Positions 29,901-38,977 of a DNA stretch of 64,000 nucleotides are shown piece by piece. A model generated the notes under the pieces. The model made no database searches. It had not been told where the DNA came from and saw nothing but the letters and a program-made list of their open reading frames with translations. A program made the position numbers and the translations under genes. The stretch is from Nitrosopumilus sp. (GTDB lineage Archaea > Thermoproteota > Nitrososphaeria > Nitrososphaerales > Nitrosopumilaceae): contig OZ240211.1 of the NCBI GenBank assembly GCA_965197525.1, positions 416,001 to 480,000 of the forward strand, read 5' to 3'. Numbering within the stretch: the first letter of the stretch is position 1; every line of letters begins with the position of its first letter.

Positions 29901-32900
29901 AGATCAAGGTTGTATGTCCCGTCACTTGATGCAGAGACCGTCACAAAGTACTGGCTGCCAGAACCGGATATGGAGGTTACAGGATTAGCAGCACCCGTGC
30001 TATCAGAAGACAGGACAAAGTCAGACTGGGTTACACCGGTCACTGCCTCACTAAAGGTTACCTCGTAGACTAGTGTCTGGCTGTCAGTAGTTGCAGCAAC
30101 AGGATTGTATCTCTCAATTGATGTGAGTGTTGGTGCTGTGGTATCAGCAGGTACCGTGTTGACCGTGTAGGTGTGGTCTACTCCAGTGGTGGCAGTATCA
30201 GTTAGAGGATTATCTGCAGAATCCTCGATGCCGTGGTTTTGTACAAGATCAAGGTTGTATGTCCCGTCACTTGATGCAGAGACTGTCACAAAGTACTGGC
30301 TGCCAGAACCGGATATGGAGGTTATAGGATTGTGGATGTCAGTGGGATCACCATGATTAATTGTGAGTGTCCAGCTGTTCAGAACGCCGTCATCTGCAGA
30401 CGGATAGTCGTCGTTGATCTTCAGCGTCCATGTTCCCGATATTGAGGTGCCATTAAAGCTTGGTGTGTATGTAGCTACTATGTCGTCTGAACTACCACCT
30501 GAACGGTTGTGTAACGTTTTGGTTGTACCGTCGGGGGCAACCAAATCTACCTTTAGATCACCAATGTATGTATGAGTAATGTTTAGGTTAACTGAAACTG
30601 ATGTAACATTTCCAGAATTAGACACTGCTATAGTATCAGTAACATCTTGAGCACCTGTTATGGCAGTTGATGGTGAGTTGGTCTGAGTGAACTGGCCAGT
30701 ATCTGTGTCAGGACCGCCCGTGCTATCAGAAGACAGGACAAAGTCAGACTGGGTTACACCGGTCACTGCCTCACTAAAGGTTACCTCGTAGACTAGTGTC
30801 TGGCTGTCAGTAGTTGCAGCAGCAGCAGGATTGTATCTCTCAATTGATGTGAGTGTTGGTGCTGTGGTATCAGCAGGTACCGTGTTGACAGTATATGTCT
30901 GGTCTACTCCAGTGGTGGCAGTATCAGTTAGAGGATTATCTGCAGAATCCTCGATGCCGTGGTTTTGTACAAGATCAAGGTTGTATGTCCCGTCACTTGA
31001 TGCAGAGACCGTCACAAAGTACTGGCTGCCAGAACCGGATATGGAGGTTACAGGATTAGCAGCACCCGTGCTATCAGAAGACAGGACAAAGTCAGACTGG
31101 GTTACACCGGTCACTGCCTCACTAAAGGTTACCTCGTAGACTAGTGTCTGGCTGTCAGTAGTTGCAGCAACAGGATTGTATCTCTCAATTGATGTGAGTG
31201 TTGGTGCTGTGGTATCAGCAGGTACCGTGTTGACAGTATATGTCTGGTCTACTCCAGTGGTGGCAGTATCAGTTAGAGGATTATCTGCAGAATCCTCGAT
31301 GCCGTGGTTTTGTACAAGATCAAGGTTGTATGTCCCGTCACTTGATGCAGAGACCGTCACAAAGTACTGGCTGCCAGAACCGGATATGGAGGTTACAGGA
31401 CTGGGAACATCGGTGGTATCACCATAATTAATTGTGAGTGTCCAGCTGTTCAGAACGCCGTCATCTGCAGATGGAAAATTGTCGTTGATCTTCAGCGTCC
31501 ATGTTCCCGATATTGAGGTGCCGTTAAAATTTGGTGTGTATGTAGCAACTATGTCGTCTGAACTACCACCTGAACTGTTGTGTAACGTTTTGGTTGTACC
31601 GTCGGGGGCAACCAAATCTACCTTTAGATCACCAATGTATGTATGAGTAATGTTTAGGTTAACTGAAACTGATGTAACATTTCCAGAATTAGACACTGCT
31701 ATAGTATCAATAATGTCTTGATTACCTGCTATGATAGTTGATGGTGATTCGGTCTGAGTGAACTGGCCAGTACCAGTACCCGGGTCAGAGCCACCCGTGC
31801 TATCAGAAGACAGGACAAAGTCAGACTGGGTTACACCGGTCACTGCCTCACTAAAGGTTACCTCGTAGACTAGTGTCTGGCTGTCAGTAGTTGCAGCAGC
31901 AGCAGGATTGTATCTCTCAATTGATGTGAGTGTTGGTGCTGTGGTATCAGCAGGTACCGTGTTGACCGTGTAGGTGTGGTCTACTCCAGTGGTGGCAGTA
32001 TCAGTTAGAGGATTATCTGCAGAATCCTCGATGCCGTGGTTTTGTACAAGATCAAGGTTGTATGTCCCGTCACTTGATGCAGAGACCGTCACAAAGTACT
32101 GGCTGCCAGAACCGGATATGGAGGTTACAGGACTGGGAACATCGGTGGTATCACCATAATTAATTGTGAGTGTCCAGCTGTTCAGAACGCCGTCATCTGC
32201 AGATGGAAAATTGTCGTTGATCTTCAGCGTCCATGTTCCCGATATTGAGGTGCCGTTAAAATTTGGTGTGTATGTAGCAACTATGTCGTCTGAACTACCA
32301 CCTGAACTGTTGTGTAACGTTTTGGTTGTACCGTCGGGGGCAACCAAATCTACCTTTAGATCACCAATGTATGTATGAGTAATGTTTAGGTTAACTGAAA
32401 CTGATGTAACATTTCCAGAATTAGACACTGCTATAGTATCAATAATGTCTTGATTACCTGCTATGATAGTTGATGGTGATTCGGTCTGAGTGAACTGGCC
32501 AGTACCAGTACCCGGGTCAGAGCCACCCGTGCTATCAGAAGACAGGACAAAGTCAGACTGGGTTACACCGGTCACTGCCTCACTAAAGGTTACCTCGTAG
32601 ACTAGTGTCTGGCTGTCAGTAGTTGCAGCAGCAGCAGGATTGTATCTCTCAATTGATGTGAGTGTTGGTGCTGTGGTATCAGCAGGTACCGTGTTGACCG
32701 TGTAGGTGTGGTCTACTCCAGTGGTGGCAGTATCAGTTAGAGGATTATCTGCAGAATCCTCGATGCCGTGGTTTTGTACAAGATCAAGGTTGTATGTCCC
32801 GTCACTTGATGCAGAGACCGTCACAAAGTACTGGCTGCCAGAACCGGATATGGAGGTTACAGGATTAGCAGCACCCGTGCTATCAGAAGACAGGACAAAG

Positions 32901-35900
32901 TCAGACTGGGTTACACCGGTCACTGCCTCACTAAAGGTTACCTCGTAGACTAGTGTCTGGCTGTCAGTAGTTGCAGCAACAGGATTGTATCTCTCAATTG
33001 ATGTGAGTGTTGGTGCTGTGGTATCAGCAGGTACCGTGTTGACCGTGTAGGTGTGGTCTACTCCAGTGGTGGCAGTATCAGTTAGAGGATTATCTGCAGA
33101 ATCCTCGATGCCGTGGTTTTGTACAAGATCAAGGTTGTATGTCCCGTCACTTGATGCAGAGACTGTCACAAAGTACTGGCTGCCAGAACCGGATATGGAG
33201 GTTATAGGATTGTGGATGTCAGTGGGATCACCATGATTAATTGTGAGTGTCCAGCTGTTCAGAACGCCGTCATCTGCAGACGGATAGTCGTCGTTGATCT
33301 TCAGCGTCCATGTTCCCGATATTGAGGTGCCATTAAAGCTTGGTGTGTATGTAGCTACTATGTCGTCTGAACTACCACCTGAACGGTTGTGTAACGTTTT
33401 GGTTGTACCGTCGGGGGCAACCAAATCTACCTTTAGATCACTAATGTATGTATGAGTAATGTTTAGGTTAACTGAAACTGATGTAACATTTCCAGAATTA
33501 GACACTGCTATAGTATCAGTAACATCTTGAGCACCTGTTATGGCAGTTGATGGTGAGTTGGTCTGAGTGAACTGGCCAGTATCTGTGTCAGGACCGCCCG
33601 TGCTATCAGAAGACAGGACAAAGTCAGACTGGGTTACACCGGTCACTGCCTCACTAAAGGTTACCTCGTAGACTAGTGTCTGGCTGTCAGTAGTTGCAGC
33701 AGCAGCAGGATTGTATCTCTCAATTGATGTGAGTGTTGGTGCTGTGGTATCAGCAGGTACCGTGTTGACAGTATATGTCTGGTCTACTCCAGTGGTGGCA
33801 GTATCAGTTAGAGGATTATCTGCAGAATCCTCGATGCCGTGGTTTTGTACAAGATCAAGGTTGTATGTCCCGTCACTTGATGCAGAGACCGTCACAAAGT
33901 ACTGGCTGCCAGAACCGGATATGGAGGTTACAGGACTGGGAACATCGGTGGTATCACCATAATTAATTGTGAGTGTCCAGCTGTTCAGAACGCCGTCATC
34001 TGCAGATGGAAAATTGTCGTTGATCTTCAGCGTCCATGTTCCCGATATTGAGGTGCCGTTAAAATTTGGTGTGTATGTAGCAACTATGTCGTCTGAACTA
34101 CCACCTGAACTGTTGTGTAACGTTTTGGTTGTACCGTCGGGGGCAACCAAATCTACCTTTAGATCACCAATGTATGTATGAGTAATGTTTAGGTTAACTG
34201 AAACTGATGTAACATTTCCAGAATTAGACACTGCTATAGTATCAATAATGTCTTGATTACCTGCTATGATAGTTGATGGTGATTCGGTCTGAGTGAACTG
34301 GCCAGTACCAGTACCCGGGTCAGAGCCACCCGTGCTATCAGAAGACAGGACAAAGTCAGACTGGGTTACACCGGTCACTGCCTCACTAAAGGTTACCTCG
34401 TAGACTAGTGTCTGGCTGTCAGTAGTTGCAGCAGCAGCAGGATTGTATCTCTCAATTGATGTGAGTGTTGGTGCTGTGGTATCAGCAGGTACCGTGTTGA
34501 CCGTGTAGGTGTGGTCTACTCCAGTGGTGGCAGTATCAGTTAGAGGATTATCTGCAGAATCCTCGATGCCGTGGTTTTGTACAAGATCAAGGTTGTATGT
34601 CCCGTCACTTGATGCAGAGACCGTCACAAAGTACTGGCTGCCAGAACCGGATATGGAGGTTACAGGATTAGCAGCACCCGTGCTATCAGAAGACAGGACA
34701 AAGTCAGACTGGGTTACACCGGTCACTGCCTCACTAAAGGTTACCTCGTAGACTAGTGTCTGGCTGTCAGTAGTTGCAGCAACAGGATTGTATCTCTCAA
34801 TTGATGTGAGTGTTGGTGCTGTGGTATCAGCAGGTACCGTGTTGACAGTATATGTCTGGTCTACTCCAGTGGTGGCAGTATCAGTTAGAGGATTATCTGC
34901 AGAATCCTCGATGCCGTGGTTTTGTACAAGATCAAGGTTGTATGTCCCGTCACTTGATGCAGAGACTGTCACAAAGTACTGGCTGCCAGAACCGGATATG
35001 GAGGTTACAGGATTAGCAGCACCCGTGCTATCAGAAGACAGGACAAAGTCAGACTGGGTTACACCGGTCACTGCCTCACTAAAGGTTACCTCGTAGACTA
35101 GTGTCTGGCTGTCAGTAGTTGCAGCAGCAGCAGGATTGTATCTCTCAATTGATGTGAGTGTTGGTGCTGTGTTGTCTAACGCGGTATTTACAATGTATGT
35201 TTGATCTGTCCCTGTTGGGATGATGTTGGTTAACAGATGGTTTCCGGTATCTTTGATGCCACTGTTAGACACTAGATCCAAATTATATGTGCCATCACCT
35301 GATGCAGAGACCGTCACAAAGTACTGGCTGCCAGAACCGGATATGGATGTAATAGAGTTGTTGTCGCTGTTAGCATTATTAGAATATATTGTAAGCGTCC
35401 AGTTATGTAGAACGCCGCCGTTGTATGAATTTCCATCGTGGTCACGGATATTTAGTGTCCAATTTCCTGAAATGTCGGTGCCTCTAAAGTTTGGGGTGTA
35501 TGTTTGATAGATCTCTCCTGCAGAGTTGCCTGAACGGCTATGTAATGTTCTGGTCGTGCCGTCAGGAGCAATCAGATCTACAGCTAGTTGACCAACATAC
35601 GGATGGGTAATATCCACTGCAACTGAAACTGACGAGACAGTTTTAGGGCTAAACATTGAGATCGTGTCCGTGATTGGAAGATACGATGGTATCTCAATCA
35701 GGTCTGAATTGGTCTGTGTAAATGGCCCAACACCACCAGTACTGCTAGAAGACAGAGTAAAATCAGACAGGTTCACATTTGTCACTGCCTTATTGAATTT
35801 CACCTTGTAGACTAGTGTTTGGCTATCGGTAATTTCTGTTGTGGGATTGTGTCTTGTAATAGAGGTAATAGTAGGTGCTTCGGCAGTTGATTTGACACTA

Positions 35901-37351
35901 ACGTAAATGGAACGAGAGGGATCTACATTAAGAGAAAGAGAACCCACACTTGTGGTGTTGGCAGTTATTGTTATGGAATATCCTGATTTGGAGGAATAAT
36001 TAGAGGTGGATGTGAGGAAGAGTTGTCCATGTCTTATTGTAAAAGCGTCAGCGTCTGTACCTGTAATAGAGTAGTTGTCAATATCAGCATCAAATCCAAC
36101 TGATGTGTATATGTCGGTGACAAGTGTTTCGCCATTACCAATGGATGTATCATTCAAGTTAATAAACCAAGATCTCTGATTATGGTTAAAGGAAGAAGCG
36201 TTACCAAACATGTCATTCATGTAAGTTACAGAGGAGACATTCCAAGTGGATAGATTGCTGTTAAAAGAGGTTGCATAACTAAACATTCTACTCATGTCAG
36301 TCACAGAGGAGACATTCCAGGTGGATAGATTGCTGTTAAAAGAGGTTGCATCAATGAACATTCCATACATGTTAGTCACATTGGAGACGTCCCATCTAGA
36401 GATGTCACTGTTAAAGACCTGAGCCGACTGAAACATCTGGGTCATACGTTTCACATTGGAGACATCCCATCTAGAGATGTCACTGTTAAAGTTGTCTGCA
36501 CTAGAAAACATATACGTCATGTCAGTTACAGAGGAGACATTCCAGTTGGATAGATTGCCGGTAAATGATGGTGTCTTGTAGAACATGTAACGTAGATTAG
36601 TCATCAAGGAGACATCCCAATTGGATAGATCTCCATTAAAGGCGTTGGCTTCATAGAACATACTGTGTACAGATTTTGGTGGGTAGGTGAGATCAGGTAC
36701 ATCGGTTGCCCGGTACTGCATATTGACTGCGCCTTTGAACATATCTCGCATGTTAGTCCATTTAGTATCTCCCCATTGATCTATCGATAAGAGTAATTGC
36801 GGAGAACCATCGACAGTAAAAACACCAACATAATCAAAATAGAAGCGCTCTAAATCGCCAGAGATGATAATAGTGGCACTTTTATCTGTAGTAGGATCGG
36901 AGTTTCGGTAAAAGTGAGATACTCGTCCAGATTCGTCATAGATGCTTGTAGAACCACGATCATCACCCCAATCTATTGTTACCTGACCACCGGCTGCCAC
37001 GTCAATATTAAATGCAACATTAGCGTAATTGTTATTATTACTGACAGGTTCTCCAGTAACATCCCATGTGGTAACAAAGACAGTAGAGTTGTATGTTTGC
37101 GCATACACATGCGGTAACAATATTGAATATGGTACTTGATCTACCAGATCAGCCCAAACATGATCAGTTAGAATGTAGGTCAAAGGATACAAGTTGTTTG
37201 CACCTACCTCCCAGACTTCATCATAAAATGCCACACATAGTCCAAACACCAGCATCGCGTTCAGCAGGATGATGATGCTTATAGTAATCGGACTACGTGA
37301 TTTGAATTTGCCACCAACATCACAATGTGCGTAGCAAGAAAAAACAGGCAA
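26918..37351 (-). CDS. Giant surface protein (3477 aa): N-terminal TM/signal, BspA/DUF285 repeats, cadherin-like domain, then Ig-like and proprotein-convertase P-domain repeats
   Basis: WDVSNVTNMxxMF repeats, DADAFTI cadherin-like segment, and ITHTYIGDLKVDLVAPDGT...GTWTL P-domain motif, all in one uninterrupted ORF. Confidence 0.9.
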   Translation of the reverse strand: MPVFSCYAHCDVGGKFKSRSPITISIIILLNAMLVFGLCVAFYDEVWEVGANNLYPLTYILTDHVWADLVDQVPYSILLPHVYAQTYNSTVFVTTWDVTGEPVSNNNNYANVAFNIDVAAGGQVTIDWGDDRGSTSIYDESGRVSHFYRNSDPTTDKSATIIISGDLERFYFDYVGVFTVDGSPQLLLSIDQWGDTKWTNMRDMFKGAVNMQYRATDVPDLTYPPKSVHSMFYEANAFNGDLSNWDVSLMTNLRYMFYKTPSFTGNLSNWNVSSVTDMTYMFSSADNFNSDISRWDVSNVKRMTQMFQSAQVFNSDISRWDVSNVTNMYGMFIDATSFNSNLSTWNVSSVTDMSRMFSYATSFNSNLSTWNVSSVTYMNDMFGNASSFNHNQRSWFINLNDTSIGNGETLVTDIYTSVGFDADIDNYSITGTDADAFTIRHGQLFLTSTSNYSSKSGYSITITANTTSVGSLSLNVDPSRSIYVSVKSTAEAPTITSITRHNPTTEITDSQTLVYKVKFNKAVTNVNLSDFTLSSSSTGGVGPFTQTNSDLIEIPSYLPITDTISMFSPKTVSSVSVAVDITHPYVGQLAVDLIAPDGTTRTLHSRSGNSAGEIYQTYTPNFRGTDISGNWTLNIRDHDGNSYNGGVLHNWTLTIYSNNANSDNNSITSISGSGSQYFVTVSASGDGTYNLDLVSNSGIKDTGNHLLTNIIPTGTDQTYIVNTALDNTAPTLTSIERYNPAAAATTDSQTLVYEVTFSEAVTGVTQSDFVLSSDSTGAANPVTSISGSGSQYFVTVSASSDGTYNLDLVQNHGIEDSADNPLTDTATTGVDQTYTVNTVPADTTAPTLTSIERYNPVAATTDSQTLVYEVTFSEAVTGVTQSDFVLSSDSTGAANPVTSISGSGSQYFVTVSASSDGTYNLDLVQNHGIEDSADNPLTDTATTGVDHTYTVNTVPADTTAPTLTSIERYNPAAAATTDSQTLVYEVTFSEAVTGVTQSDFVLSSDSTGGSDPGTGTGQFTQTESPSTIIAGNQDIIDTIAVSNSGNVTSVSVNLNITHTYIGDLKVDLVAPDGTTKTLHNSSGGSSDDIVATYTPNFNGTSISGTWTLKINDNFPSADDGVLNSWTLTINYGDTTDVPSPVTSISGSGSQYFVTVSASSDGTYNLDLVQNHGIEDSADNPLTDTATTGVDQTYTVNTVPADTTAPTLTSIERYNPAAAATTDSQTLVYEVTFSEAVTGVTQSDFVLSSDSTGGPDTDTGQFTQTNSPSTAITGAQDVTDTIAVSNSGNVTSVSVNLNITHTYISDLKVDLVAPDGTTKTLHNRSGGSSDDIVATYTPSFNGTSISGTWTLKINDDYPSADDGVLNSWTLTINHGDPTDIHNPITSISGSGSQYFVTVSASSDGTYNLDLVQNHGIEDSADNPLTDTATTGVDHTYTVNTVPADTTAPTLTSIERYNPVAATTDSQTLVYEVTFSEAVTGVTQSDFVLSSDSTGAANPVTSISGSGSQYFVTVSASSDGTYNLDLVQNHGIEDSADNPLTDTATTGVDHTYTVNTVPADTTAPTLTSIERYNPAAAATTDSQTLVYEVTFSEAVTGVTQSDFVLSSDSTGGSDPGTGTGQFTQTESPSTIIAGNQDIIDTIAVSNSGNVTSVSVNLNITHTYIGDLKVDLVAPDGTTKTLHNSSGGSSDDIVATYTPNFNGTSISGTWTLKINDNFPSADDGVLNSWTLTINYGDTTDVPSPVTSISGSGSQYFVTVSASSDGTYNLDLVQNHGIEDSADNPLTDTATTGVDHTYTVNTVPADTTAPTLTSIERYNPAAAATTDSQTLVYEVTFSEAVTGVTQSDFVLSSDSTGGSDPGTGTGQFTQTESPSTIIAGNQDIIDTIAVSNSGNVTSVSVNLNITHTYIGDLKVDLVAPDGTTKTLHNSSGGSSDDIVATYTPNFNGTSISGTWTLKINDNFPSADDGVLNSWTLTINYGDTTDVPSPVTSISGSGSQYFVTVSASSDGTYNLDLVQNHGIEDSADNPLTDTATTGVDQTYTVNTVPADTTAPTLTSIERYNPVAATTDSQTLVYEVTFSEAVTGVTQSDFVLSSDSTGAANPVTSISGSGSQYFVTVSASSDGTYNLDLVQNHGIEDSADNPLTDTATTGVDQTYTVNTVPADTTAPTLTSIERYNPAAAATTDSQTLVYEVTFSEAVTGVTQSDFVLSSDSTGGPDTDTGQFTQTNSPSTAITGAQDVTDTIAVSNSGNVTSVSVNLNITHTYIGDLKVDLVAPDGTTKTLHNRSGGSSDDIVATYTPSFNGTSISGTWTLKINDDYPSADDGVLNSWTLTINHGDPTDIHNPITSISGSGSQYFVTVSASSDGTYNLDLVQNHGIEDSADNPLTDTATTGVDHTYTVNTVPADTTAPTLTSIERYNPVAATTDSQTLVYEVTFSEAVTGVTQSDFVLSSDSTGAANPVTSISGSGSQYFVTVSASSDGTYNLDLVQNHGIEDSADNPLTDTATTGVDQTYTVNTVPADTTAPTLTSIERYNPAAAATTDSQTLVYEVTFSEAVTGVTQSDFVLSSDSTGGSDPGTGTGQFTQTESPSTIIAGNQDIIDTIAVSNSGNVTSVSVNLNITHTYIGDLKVDLVAPDGTTKTLHNSSGGSSDDIVATYTPNFNGTSISGTWTLKINDNFPSADDGVLNSWTLTINYGDTTDVPSPVTSISGSGSQYFVTVSASSDGTYNLDLVQNHGIEDSADNPLTDTATTGVDQTYTVNTVPADTTAPTLTSIERYNPVAATTDSQTLVYEVTFSEAVTGVTQSDFVLSSDSTGGSDPGTGTGQFTQTESPSTIIAGNQDIIDTIAVSNSGNVTSVSVNLNITHTYIGDLKVDLVAPDGTTKTLHNSSGGSSDDIVATYTPNFNGTSISGTWTLKINDNFPSADDGVLNSWTLTINYGDTTDVPSPVTSISGSGSQYFVTVSASSDGTYNLDLVQNHGIEDSADNPLTDTATTGVDQTYTVNTVPADTTAPTLTSIERYNPVAATTDSQTLVYEVTFSEAVTGVTQSDFVLSSDSTGAANPVTSISGSGSQYFVTVSASSDGTYNLDLVQNHGIEDSADNPLTDTATTGVDHTYTVNTVPADTTAPTLTSIERYNPVAATTDSQTLVYEVTFSEAVTGVTQSEFVLSSDSTGAANPVTSISGSGSQYFVTVSASSDGTYNLDLVQNHGIEDSADNPLTDTATTGVDQTYTVNTVPADTTAPTLTSIERYNPVAATTDSQTLVYEVTFSEAVTGVTQSDFVLSSDSTGGSDPGTGTGQFTQTESPSTIIAGNQDIIDTIAVSNSGNVTSVSVNLNITHTYIGDLKVDLVAPDGTTKTLHNRSGGSSDDIVATYTPNFNGTSISGTWTLKINDNYLYEDYGVLNSWTLTINYGDTTDVPSPVTSISGSGSQYFVTVSASSDGTYNLDLVQNHGIEDSADNPLTDTATTGVDHTYTVNTDNT
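26927..35183 (-). repeat. Intragenic array of 15 near-identical modules: 7 short (345-348 bp) and 8 long (726-732 bp)
   Basis: The boundary GGTACCGTGTTGAC recurs at these spacings. Order from the N-terminus is S,S,L,L,S,L,L,S,L,S,L,L,S,S,L. Confidence 0.9.
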
Positions 37352-37618
37352 TAATTAACCGTTTATTGATGACTATATAGTCAATGTAATGAATAATATC
37401 GATCTACTTTATTAAAATTAGTCTACTAGAGATAGATCTAGACTAAAATAAATAGTACTATAAAAAGATACTAGGCTACAACTGCATGATTATTCAATCA
37501 TTAAAGACATCCAGTGATAGATACAAAAGATATGTGCCAAGTGTGTACTAAACGAATCTCTGATCTAAGTTAGGTAGACCCTAGAACAATCAAAGGCCAT
37601 ATGATAAATATATTCCAG

Positions 37619-38402
37619 AATTCTGTGAAGTTATCGAAGGATCTAACATATTAACTCAAAAATCAATTTCTTTTTTTATATAAAGTTAACAAGTCAAGCC
37701 TCGACTAGTTAACATTGACATATCAACTATCCAGATTACCGGTCTGTAGGGTTCCGACATTGCTAACTCAAAAGTGTTAGTCTGCGCTTCACTTATGCCA
37801 CCTCTGCTATTCCTAAACCTAGGGGACAGCTTGCATGATATATTTATGGGAGCTACAACATCTCTATCCATCATAAATAATCCGCAATTATTGCACGACA
37901 TTTTACGTCTGTGTTGCATGTCCTCTTGGAGTTTCTTTCCGCATTGCAGACATTGTGTGCTCGTGTTTTTTGGGTCTACATATCTTACCGGCGGGAACCC
38001 GGCCCATTGGGCTTTGTATTCTATTTGGCGTTGTAACTCAAAGAATTGCCATCCGTTCATTCTACGTCTGTATTTGTTGCCTTGACCATTTTCTTTTTTG
38101 TAGAGTTTTCTTATTCCTTTTAGGTTTTCTAAAACGATGACAGTTTTTTCTTCGACGGTAGTATCCACAATATCATCTGTTATTTTGTGCAGATATTGTT
38201 TTGTTCTATTATTCATTCTTCTCTGTTTTTCTTTATAGAACTCACCTTTCTTTCTACGGTTATTTCTAGGGAATCCAGCTCTAGCATGTATTGTGTTCTC
38301 TGATAGATAACATCTTGTTTGTCTTGTAAAATGTCATTTTTATTTCATTTCCACAAGTTACATTTCTAAGGTTTCTGTCTATCCCTACTACATTGGTACA
38401 CT
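37619..38402 (-). pseudogene. tnpB: tnpB element copy 3: 5'-truncated, frameshifted tnpB with an eroded TIR
   Basis: AATTCTGTGAAGTTATCG at 37619. ORF 37686-38216 keeps RuvC-II and RuvC-III. CTNVVGIDRNL near 38370-38400 lies in another frame (shift near 38305). The 5' portion (about 160 codons) is absent. Confidence 0.88.
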
Positions 38403-38409
38403 ACCGTAT

Positions 38410-38700
38410 ACAAAATATCAGATGGAAACAGATTGACGTTACAACAACCAAATAGTAGGAAACGTCGTAAATGGATCTACTACAAACATATTTTATTGAA
38501 TTCGAGGTTACATACTACTGTAAACACCGATGATGACAACTAATTGCTGGTTATATGGATGATGATTTTGAAGATAAGACATTCGTGTAAGTGTAAATAA
38601 TCTACAAACAAATGATAAGCTAGAAAGACTCCATGAAACAGTTCGAAGAAAGACGAAACTTTGAGGATGCAAATGAATTTGGTTTATTAACGGAACCGTA
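38410..38700 (+). pseudogene. Highly degraded IS6-family-like DDE transposase fragment
   Basis: Across frameshifts it reads W-K-Q-I-D, KWIY, VNTD and IRVSVNNLQTNDKLERLHETVRRKTKL*GCK (38581-38673), resembling the IS6 N-N-x-x-E-R-L-x-x-T-x-R...RG segment. Confidence 0.5.
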
Positions 38701-38826
38701 TCAAATCTCATATATTACTTGAATAATTTAGAGAATTTGTCAATACACTAATAAAAAATATCCCTAAATCAAGAACGGTAGTTATTGACAATCAAACAAG
38801 AGAATAATATCATGTATAGTGAAAGG

Positions 38827-38907
38827 GTACGTGCTCAGGTCCAATACAAATCTAAGCACGAACTTGCAAGAATTATGTCTTTGTTTATAAGGAACCTGAG
38901 CACATAC
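38827..38907. mobile_element. 81-bp MITE-like element with 8-bp TSD
   Basis: GTACGTGCTCAGGT versus right end reverse-complemented GTATGTGCTCAGGT (13/14). GTGAAAGG at 38819-38826 and 38908-38915. Confidence 0.7.
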
Positions 38908-38977
38908 GTGAAAGGTAAATGAATATTAAAATACCATGCACGGGCAGATTGTACACGAGATCGACAAGTGATAAGAT

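Noticed and set aside
27165-35500. Diversity-generating retroelement acting on the P-domain repeats
   Set aside because: No reverse transcriptase in the window, and the differences are not confined to adenines.
26910-35507. Many repeated plus-strand ORFs (MYLSIDVSVG..., MSVQLFRTP..., MSGLLQWW...)
   Set aside because: Antisense shadows of the repetitive giant minus-strand gene.
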